A stretch of DNA of 13,856 bases, taken from IMG/VR virus record IMGVR_UViG_2585427730_000012; one strand, written 5' to 3'. Of the stretch, positions 7,720 to 13,856 are shown piece after piece. The position numbers and the translations under genes were made by a program. The DNA comes from a virus (taxonomy: Duplodnaviria; Heunggongvirae; Uroviricota; Caudoviricetes). How positions within the stretch are numbered: the stretch's first letter is position 1; each line of letters opens with the position of its first letter. Under the pieces are notes generated by a model that saw only the letters and a program-made list of their open reading frames with translations, searched no databases and had not been told where the DNA came from.

Positions 7720-8301
7720 ATGAACAACTCATGGTGGCAGGAACTAATGCATTTTTTCCTGCAAGGAATGACACTTAAACAGTTGATTCATATGCTAATC
7801 ATCCTGATCATATTGATTATTGTTATGCCTGTAAGCGTAAAAGAATGGATAAACCTGCATAATCCAGAAATCCTTCCTCATTACTGGATGTATTACATCC
7901 TGTTGTTTTGCGTTAGCTATGTGCTTAACGGCGTTGTTAATTCCGCTTATCACGCTGTGACTGAAAGAATTGAGATATTCGCTGCTCAGAAGCGCAAATC
8001 TAAAGAAGAGAAATACGTGCAAGATTTGTTTGATTCGTTAACTCTTGGAGAAAGAGCGTATTTGGCATTCGCTGTAGCCGCTAATAACCAGCTAAAGACA
8101 GAAAAGGGAAGCCCTGAAGCAATCTCATTGCTCGAAAAAGGGCTTCTTATTCGGGTACCTTCTGCTACTGGATATCCTGAAATCGACCGTTTTGTTATCC
8201 CGGAACGCTATAGAAATGAGTGCTACATTAGGTTTGCTGGGAAGAAAGACAGTCTTATGGATGAACTTATCGCTCAGGATAAGCATGGCAAAAACAAGTA
8301 A
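7720..8301 (+). CDS. sieB: Superinfection exclusion protein B (SieB), membrane protein; 193 aa from first ATG, 184 aa from ATG at 7747
   Basis: N-terminal hydrophobic segment LIHMLIILIILIIVMPVSV; opposite strand to the surrounding early-left genes; ends 16 bp before the N-like gene, as λ sieB does; the 184-aa form matches the recalled λ sieB length and coordinates. Confidence 0.82.
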   Translation: MNNSWWQELMHFFLQGMTLKQLIHMLIILIILIIVMPVSVKEWINLHNPEILPHYWMYYILLFCVSYVLNGVVNSAYHAVTERIEIFAAQKRKSKEEKYVQDLFDSLTLGERAYLAFAVAANNQLKTEKGSPEAISLLEKGLLIRVPSATGYPEIDRFVIPERYRNECYIRFAGKKDSLMDELIAQDKHGKNK

Positions 8302-8317
8302 TTAGCAAATTAATTTA

Positions 8318-8590
8318 TCATCTCGCCGTCAGTTGTTTTGATTTCCGGTAGCCTGCCGCGTAAATGGCTACGTTTGGCAGGCAAATACTTCCACTGCATT
8401 CATCTGCCTTCTTGCAGCGAAGGCTTCCGAGTGATGCTGCTTTGTCTGCTCTGACGCAACCAGAGAGCTTTAGCGCAATTTTTCGCGCCAGTCGCTGTTC
8501 TTGCATTGCCTGCTCACGTTGAGCCTGTCTGCGTGCTCTGCGGCGATTTCTGGCGTTATTGTCAGCCAGATATGTAATGACTACTGCCAT
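8318..8590 (-). CDS. N-type transcription antiterminator, P22 gene 24-like, with arginine-rich motif; 90 aa
   Basis: MAVVITYLADNNARNRRRARRQAQREQ... has an arginine-rich N-terminus and the C-terminal ...NVAIYAAGYRKSKQLTAR resembling P22 gp24; GGAGG lies 5 nt upstream of the ATG; immediately downstream of nutL/pL. It is not λ N. Confidence 0.75.
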   Translation of the reverse strand: MAVVITYLADNNARNRRRARRQAQREQAMQEQRLARKIALKLSGCVRADKAASLGSLRCKKADECSGSICLPNVAIYAAGYRKSKQLTAR

Positions 8591-8697
8591 GTTGACCTCC
8601 GATGATTAACTTTGGCGGTGACGCGCCGGGTGCTTATCTTCCGGTTGCCGTCGTGCAGCTGCACTTCACGTCACCCCAAAGCCAACTACTCTTTGGT

Positions 8698-8738
8698 TCC
8701 CGCATTTCGGCGGGACAATCCCATCAATGTTAAAGAGC
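8698..8738 (-). promoter_or_regulatory. nutL: nutL: boxA (GCTCTTTAACA, 8728-8738) and boxB hairpin (UCCCGC-CGAAAU-GCGGGA, 8698-8715)
   Basis: The boxB hairpin is identical to the one after cro (nutR) and boxA is the same in both; order boxA-spacer-boxB on the leftward transcript between pL and the N-like gene. Confidence 0.8.
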
Positions 8739-8779
8739 CTGCCAATCTGTTCCGTTTGGCTACCAGCGTCCTGCCGATG

Positions 8780-8880
8780 ACTTAAATTTAAGATTTCTTT
8801 AACTATTGGTCAAGAGTGTTTTTGAAGAAAACTTAAATTTTGTTGCGAAGCTTAAGTTTTGCTTTGATTTTTAAAGGAAA
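8780..8880 (-). promoter_or_regulatory. pL promoter / OL operator region (P22-type operators)
   Basis: Minus-strand TTGACC (8808-8813), 17-bp spacer, TAAATT (8785-8790); AT-rich palindromic half-sites of the ATTTAAGA / TCTTAAAT type (e.g. 8783-8800 and about 8841-8872) resemble P22 c2 operators. Exact operator limits not resolved. Confidence 0.5.
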
Positions 8881-8905
8881 GAAAAAAAGGGGCGAATGCC
8901 CCTTA
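8880..8905 (-). terminator. Intrinsic terminator at the end of the c2 repressor gene
   Basis: Minus strand AAGGGGC-ATTC-GCCCCTT followed by TTTTTTTC; overlaps the c2 stop codon. Confidence 0.6.
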
Positions 8906-9553
8906 TGGAAGGTTTGCTATTTTTGCATCGACAACTACACCGATGATTTTGCAGTTCCCGTTGATCTCAATCATCGGATATTGTGGGTTAAGTGGTTTTA
9001 GAAACCTTCTGCCAGCATCAATAACTAACTTCTTGAAAGTTGCCTCGTTTTCTCCTTCGAGCTTTGCCACTACCAGCTTCCCATTACGAGGTTCTACTTC
9101 AGGATCGACTAGTATTATCATCCCTTCCGGGATGCTAAGACCGGCTGGAGCCGTCATCGAATCACCCTTTACGTCCAGCCAAAACGAATCTTCTGAACAA
9201 TCTACGGTTGTATCGTACCAGTTATCTATTGCACGCTTATGATATGGCTCTACAGCTTCCATCCAACATCCTGCGCTTACCCAACTAATTAGAGGATACG
9301 AACCTCTTGGATCATGCCTGCTGTGATAGGCAATGTTTGAAAGACTATCTTCTCCTTTCAACAAGTAATCAGGGGAGCACTGTAAAGCCTTGGCTAAAGC
9401 CAATAGGTTTTCGCCATTGGGCTCAGTTTCAGAACGCTCCCATTGGGAAATAGCAACATTAGACACGCCAACCATCTTGCCGAGGGCAGCCTGCCTAATC
9501 TTAAGTTCTTTTCTGCGAGCGCGAATACGCTCACCCATCAGTTGTGTATTCAT
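8903..9553 (-). CDS. c2: Prophage repressor, P22 C2-type (HTH DNA-binding domain plus LexA/S24-like autocleavage domain), 216 aa
   Basis: MNTQLMGERIRARRKELKIRQAALGKMVGVSNVAISQWERSETEPNGENLLALAKALQCSPDYLLKG... ...GDSMTAPAGLSIPEGMIILVDPEVEPRNGKLVVAKLEGENEATFKKL... closely matches P22 c2 as recalled, with a few apparent substitutions; divergently transcribed from cro. Confidence 0.95.
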   Translation of the reverse strand: MNTQLMGERIRARRKELKIRQAALGKMVGVSNVAISQWERSETEPNGENLLALAKALQCSPDYLLKGEDSLSNIAYHSRHDPRGSYPLISWVSAGCWMEAVEPYHKRAIDNWYDTTVDCSEDSFWLDVKGDSMTAPAGLSIPEGMIILVDPEVEPRNGKLVVAKLEGENEATFKKLVIDAGRRFLKPLNPQYPMIEINGNCKIIGVVVDAKIANLP

Positions 9554-9633
9554 AGTTAAGACATCTTAAATAAACTTGACTTAAGATTCCTTTGATAGAT
9601 AATTTAAGTGTTCTTTAATTTCGGGGCGAGTCT
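9554..9633. promoter_or_regulatory. OR operators with divergent pRM/pR promoters
   Basis: Palindromic operator AGTTAAGACATCTTAAAT (9554-9571) and a related site ATTTAAGTGTTCTTTAAT (about 9603-9620); pR -35 TTGACT (9575-9580) with GATAAT 16 bp downstream; sits between the c2 start and the cro start. Confidence 0.65.
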
Positions 9634-9819
9634 ATGTACAAGAAAGATGTTATCGACCACTTCGGAACCCAGCGTGCGGTAGCTAAAGCGTTAGGCATTA
9701 GCGATGCAGCAGTCTCTCAGTGGAAGGAAGTCATCCCAGAGAAAGACGCCTATCGACTGGAAGTCGTTACAGCTGGCGCCCTGAAGTATCAAGAAAGTGC
9801 TTATCGCAAAGCGGCATAA
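9634..9819 (+). CDS. cro: Cro repressor, P22-type, 61 aa
   Basis: MYKKDVIDHFGTQRAVAKALGISDAAVSQWKEVIPEKDAYRLEVVTAGALKYQESAYRKAA matches P22 Cro as recalled. Confidence 0.9.
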   Translation: MYKKDVIDHFGTQRAVAKALGISDAAVSQWKEVIPEKDAYRLEVVTAGALKYQESAYRKAA

Positions 9820-9826
9820 GCAAATT

Positions 9827-9869
9827 GCTCTTTAACAGTCATGGTCCTTATTCCCGCCGAAATGCGGGA
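9827..9869 (+). promoter_or_regulatory. nutR: nutR: boxA (GCTCTTTAACA, 9827-9837) and boxB hairpin (UCCCGC-CGAAAU-GCGGGA, 9852-9869)
   Basis: Immediately after the cro stop; the boxB hairpin is identical to the nutL copy. Confidence 0.8.
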
Positions 9870-9927
9870 ATACAACGCGCATCAGTTGGTGCGTATAACT
9901 TCTTATTTGTTAAGGAAATACTTACAT

Positions 9928-10206
9928 ATGCAACTTACAAGTACTCGCAAGAAAGCGAATGCAATCACAAGCAACATCCTGAATCGAATTGCTGTACGTG
10001 GTCAGCGAAAGGTTGCTGATGCATTAGGGATTAATGAATCGCAAATTTCGCGATGGAAAGACAGCTTTATCCCAAAGATGGCCATGCTTCTGGCTGTGCT
10101 GGAGTGGGGTGTTGAAGACGAGGAATTAGCAAAGCTAGCAAAGAAAGTAGCCATGGTGCTGACAAAAGAAAAGCCTCAAGACTGCTGCAACAGTTTTGAG
10201 GCCTGA
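9928..10206 (+). CDS. c1: CII-type transcriptional activator (P22 C1-like), 92 aa
   Basis: MQLTSTRKKANAITSNILNRIAVRGQRKVADALGINESQISRWKDSFIPKMAMLLAVLEWGVEDEELAKLAKK... matches P22 c1 as recalled; AGGA about 11 nt upstream; the ORF-track frame runs further upstream but this ATG is the supported start. Confidence 0.85.
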   Translation: MQLTSTRKKANAITSNILNRIAVRGQRKVADALGINESQISRWKDSFIPKMAMLLAVLEWGVEDEELAKLAKKVAMVLTKEKPQDCCNSFEA

Positions 10207-10240
10207 TGTAGAAAGACTGGATCAATCCACAGGAGTCATT

Positions 10241-11140
10241 ATGACAAATACAGCAAAAATACTCAACTTCGGCAGAGGTAACTTTGCCGGACAGGAGCGT
10301 AATGTGGCAGATCTCGATGATGGTTACGCCAGACTATCAAATATGCTGCTTGAGGCTTATTCAGGCGCAGATCTGACCAAGCGACAGTTTAAAGTGCTGC
10401 TTGCCATTCTGCGTAAAACCTATGGGTGGAATAAACCAATGGACAGAATCACCGATTCTCAACTTAGCGAGATTACAAAGTTACCTGTCAAACGGTGCAA
10501 TGAAGCCAAGTTAGAACTCGTCAGAATGAATATTATCAAGCAGCAAGGCGGCATGTTTGGACCAAATAAAAACATCTCAGAATGGTGTATCCCTCAAAAC
10601 GAGGGAAAATCCCCTAAAACGAGGGATAAAACATCCCTCAAATTGGGGGATTGCTATCCCTCAAAACAGGGGGACACAAAAGACACTATTACAAAAGAAA
10701 AAAGAAAAGATTATTCGTCCGAGAATTCTGGCGAATCCTCTGACCAGCCAGAAAACGATCTTTCTGTGGTTAAACCGGATGCTGCAATTCAGAGCGGCAG
10801 TAAGTGGGGAACAGCAGAAGACCTGACCGCCGCAGAGTGGATGTTTGACATGGTGAAGACCATCGCGCCATCAGCCAGAAAACCGAATTTTGCTGGGTGG
10901 GCTAACGATATCCGCCTGATGCGTGAACGTGACGGACGTAACCACCGCGATATGTGTGTGCTTTTCCGCTGGGCCTGCCAGGACAACTTCTGGTCCGGTA
11001 ACGTGCTGAGTCCGGCCAAACTCCGCGACAAGTGGACCCAGCTCGAAATCAACCGTAACAAGCAACAGGCTGGCGTGACAGCCGGAAAACCAAAACTCGA
11101 CCTGACAAACACTGACTGGATTTACGGGGTGGATCTATGA
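10241..11140 (+). CDS. O: Replication initiator O (λ O protein), 299 aa
   Basis: MTNTAKILNFGRGNFAGQERNVADLDDGYARLSNMLLEAYSGADLTKRQFKVLLAILRKTYGWNKPMDRITDSQLSEITKLPVKRCNEAKLELVRMNIIKQQGGMFGPNKNISEW... matches λ O as recalled; GGAG 6 nt upstream of the ATG; ori iterons lie inside the gene. Confidence 0.95.
   Translation: MTNTAKILNFGRGNFAGQERNVADLDDGYARLSNMLLEAYSGADLTKRQFKVLLAILRKTYGWNKPMDRITDSQLSEITKLPVKRCNEAKLELVRMNIIKQQGGMFGPNKNISEWCIPQNEGKSPKTRDKTSLKLGDCYPSKQGDTKDTITKEKRKDYSSENSGESSDQPENDLSVVKPDAAIQSGSKWGTAEDLTAAEWMFDMVKTIAPSARKPNFAGWANDIRLMRERDGRNHRDMCVLFRWACQDNFWSGNVLSPAKLRDKWTQLEINRNKQQAGVTAGKPKLDLTNTDWIYGVDL
10589..10725. repeat. ori: ori λ: four roughly 19-bp iterons (O-protein binding sites) followed by an AT-rich unwinding region
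   Basis: Iterons ATCCCTCAAAACGAGGGA, AATCCCCTAAAACGAGGGA, ACATCCCTCAAATTGGGGGA and TATCCCTCAAAACAGGGGGA at 10589-10674, then the A-rich tract ACAAAAGAAAAAAGAAAAGATTATT. Confidence 0.92.
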
Positions 11141-11838
11141 AAAACATCGCCGCACAGATGGTTAACTTTGACCGTGAGCAGATGCGTCGGATCGCCAACA
11201 ACATGCCGGAACAGTACGACGAAAAGCCACAGGTACAGCAGGTAGCGCAGATCATCAACGGTGTGTTCAGCCAGTTACTGGCAACTTTCCCGGCGAGTCT
11301 GGCTAACCGTGACCAGAACGAACTGAACGAAATCCGCCGCCAGTGGGTTCTGGCTTTCCGGGAAAACGGGATCACCACAATGGAACAGGTTAACGCAGGA
11401 ATGCGCGTAGCCCGTCGGCAGAACCGACCATTCCTGCCATCACCCGGGCAGTTTGTTGCATGGTGCCGGGAAGAAGCATCCGTTATCGCCGGACTGCCAA
11501 ACGTCAGCGAGCTGGTTGATATGGTTTACGAGTATTGCCGGAAGCGAGGCCTGTATCCGGATGCGGAGTCTTATCCGTGGAAATCAAACGCGCACTACTG
11601 GCTGGTTACCAACCTGTATCAGAACATGCGGGCCAATGCGCTTACTGATGCGGAATTACGCCGTAAGGCCGCAGATGAGCTTGTCCATATGACTGCGAGA
11701 ATTAACCGTGGTGAGGCGATCCCTGAACCAGTAAAACAACTTCCTGTCATGGGCGGTAGACCTCTAAATCGTGCACAGGCTCTGGCGAAGATCGCAGAAA
11801 TTAAAGCTAAGTTCGGACTGAAAGGAGCAAGTGTATGA
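11137..11838 (+). CDS. P: Replication protein P (λ P, DnaB helicase loader), 233 aa
   Basis: MKNIAAQMVNFDREQMRRIANNMPEQYDEKPQVQQVAQIINGVFSQLLATFPASLANRDQNELNEIRRQWVLAFRENGITTMEQVNAGMRVARRQNRPFLPSPGQFVAWCREEAS... matches λ P as recalled; ATGA overlap with the O stop. Confidence 0.95.
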   Translation: MKNIAAQMVNFDREQMRRIANNMPEQYDEKPQVQQVAQIINGVFSQLLATFPASLANRDQNELNEIRRQWVLAFRENGITTMEQVNAGMRVARRQNRPFLPSPGQFVAWCREEASVIAGLPNVSELVDMVYEYCRKRGLYPDAESYPWKSNAHYWLVTNLYQNMRANALTDAELRRKAADELVHMTARINRGEAIPEPVKQLPVMGGRPLNRAQALAKIAEIKAKFGLKGASV

Positions 11839-12008
11839 TGGGCAAAGAGGCAATTATTCATTACCTGGGGACGCACAAGAGCTTCTGTGCGCCGGACGTT
11901 GCTGCGACAACAGGTGTGACATTAACCAGCATAAATCAGGCTGCGGCAAAAATGGCGCGGGCAGGAATCCTGGTCATTGATGGTAAGGTCTGGCGAACGT
12001 TTGTTTAA
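11835..12008 (+). CDS. ren: Ren-like protein, C-terminally truncated or replaced (57 aa, against 96 aa in λ)
   Basis: Hand-translated: MMGKEAIIHYLGTHKSFCAPDVAATTGVTLTSINQAAAKMARAGILVIDGKVWRTFV, then TAA. Matches the recalled λ Ren N-terminus (MTGKEAIIHYLGTHNSFCAPDVAALTGATVTSINQAAAKMARAGVLVIEGKVWRT...) and diverges or stops after KVWRT. Overlaps the P stop. Confidence 0.7.
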   Translation: MMGKEAIIHYLGTHKSFCAPDVAATTGVTLTSINQAAAKMARAGILVIDGKVWRTFV

Positions 12009-12154
12009 CGGTTAGCTACTCAGGATGATAGGGCGGGGCAAGTGAGTATGAAGCGGATTTTCAGGAATGCCATCAGAGTTTGGAAATAAAGTGGGTTTTC
12101 TAGTGGCAAGAGACTTGATAATATTTAGTTCTTTGAATCCAAGGAGATAGGGTT

Positions 12155-12649
12155 ATGAGAAAATTTATTTTAGCCTTTGTTATAAGTGCCTCGTTTACAG
12201 CAAATGCTGGTGTAGAGAAGTTAGGGCCGTGGATAACAAAGTCTGAGATAAATAAAATGACTGACCAGACTGACTTTGTGGCCCTTAATTTATCACCAGA
12301 TTCATATAACAAAGCAGGTACTGATCGTGCAACTTCACTGGTGTTGCGTTGTAGTGATAACAAAACAGATGCCTATTTATCATTCAATGATTATATGGGT
12401 TCGGACAACCCAAGAATTACAGTGCGGTTAGATGGCGGAAAGCCGGTCAAGAGTGTTTGGGGAGGTGGGGAAGGCGGTGATTCTGCATTTGCTCCACAAC
12501 CAATACAATTTATAAAGACCTTGGCTAAGCATAAAAAAGCTATTTTTGGGTTTGAACCTTATGGATCAACTATGCAAGTAGTTGAGTTTGACTTGTCTGA
12601 GATTGATAAGGTTGTGGAAAAAATTTCACAGTCTTGCAATTGGAAATGA
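12155..12649 (+). CDS. Moron-encoded secreted (periplasmic or exported) protein of unknown function, 164 aa
   Basis: Strong RBS AAGGAGA 7 nt upstream of the ATG; N-terminal signal peptide MRKFILAFVISASFTANA with an AxA cleavage site and no lipobox cysteine; two cysteines in the mature part; AT-rich; followed by its own terminator. Confidence 0.75.
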   Translation: MRKFILAFVISASFTANAGVEKLGPWITKSEINKMTDQTDFVALNLSPDSYNKAGTDRATSLVLRCSDNKTDAYLSFNDYMGSDNPRITVRLDGGKPVKSVWGGGEGGDSAFAPQPIQFIKTLAKHKKAIFGFEPYGSTMQVVEFDLSEIDKVVEKISQSCNWK

Positions 12650-12666
12650 CAAAAAAATTTCATATG

Positions 12667-12694
12667 AACCCAGTTTGCGCTGGGTTTTTTATTT
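12667..12694 (+). terminator. Intrinsic terminator of the secreted-protein moron
   Basis: AACCCAG-TTTGCG-CTGGGTT followed by a T-run (TTTTTTATTTC), 18 bp after the stop codon. Confidence 0.8.
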
Positions 12695-13175
12695 CAGTAG
12701 CCAATAATGCATTCAAAATCTCTTACTTGAGAAACGGCCTATTTGAGATTTCAGTCGTGGCAGGATGATCAGTTGATTCGAGTATTGACGCATTTGCGTT
12801 CGGAGCGATTACAGTAGATTGTAAATAATAATGAGAAACACATAGCCACCCCGTGGTATTGAAACCATATAATGTTGGATTTGAAAACAGATCTTTTCCC
12901 ATGTATTAATAACTACATCCCCGCGAGTGATTCAAAAAGGAGGGCCCAATTTTGTCCGAGTTTTTGTATTCCCCCGCATGCCGCTGCGGAGCACTACATC
13001 TGAGTGTCTGACTAGGGGATAAAATTAGACTGGATAGTGAGAAGAAAGTGGCGCGCTAGGCTGTGCCGAGTGCTACCAGTACACCTTGGGGGTGTGCAGC
13101 TTTCGCCGAGACTGTAGTGGGTATCGGTTAATGCACGAAAAACCGAGAGGTCAGACAACCAATTTGCCGTAGGAT

Positions 13176-13856
<681 letters not shown>

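Noticed and set aside
7545-7727. 60-aa minus-strand ORF in the ea10-sieB spacer
   Set aside because: No RBS, its start overlaps the sieB start on the other strand, and the sequence is not Ral-like; the region is better explained as structured non-coding DNA.
9720-10019. 99-aa plus-strand ORF spanning the cro 3' end, nutR and the c1 start in another frame
   Set aside because: It crosses a regulatory region holding the nutR boxA and boxB and overlaps two well-supported genes out of frame; no RBS.
10589-10674. Tandem roughly 19-bp repeats that might be taken for a CRISPR-like or novel repeat array
   Set aside because: They are the four ori λ iterons inside the O gene, followed by the expected AT-rich region; a known replication-origin structure, not a new repeat system.
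10557-11378. Alternative-frame and antisense ORFs inside O and P (10557-10826, 10789-11112, 10871-11065, 11049-11378, 11453-11692, 11619-11876)
   Set aside because: All overlap the strongly supported O and P reading frames; the one at 10557-10826 reads through the ori iterons, which are DNA-level repeats and not coding.

Overview
This window is the left (attL/int-proximal) end of a lambdoid prophage integrated at the E. coli attλ site, starting in the host gene ybhC and ending inside an IS21-family insertion sequence. The backbone is phage-λ-like: attL with the GCTTTTTTATACTAA core, int, xis, orf55, the orf63/orf60a cluster, exo-bet-gam (Red), kil, cIII, ea10, sieB, and later O (with ori λ iterons), P and a truncated ren. 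The immunity region is P22-like instead: an N-type antiterminator resembling P22 gene 24, a c2 repressor, cro and c1, with matching nutL/nutR sites and operator-rich pL and pR regions. All protein identifications are from recalled sequences, not database searches, and coordinates of λ genes were cross-checked against remembered λ numbering. Three places depart from λ and are the best candidates for undescribed function: (i) an AT-rich moron encoding a multi-pass membrane protein where λ has ea8.5/ea22, (ii) loss of ral/orf28 with a structured 260-bp spacer upstream of sieB, and (iii) after a truncated ren, a self-contained cassette for a secreted 164-aa protein, followed by about 600 bp of non-coding DNA and the IS. 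No tRNA, rRNA or CRISPR array was seen.
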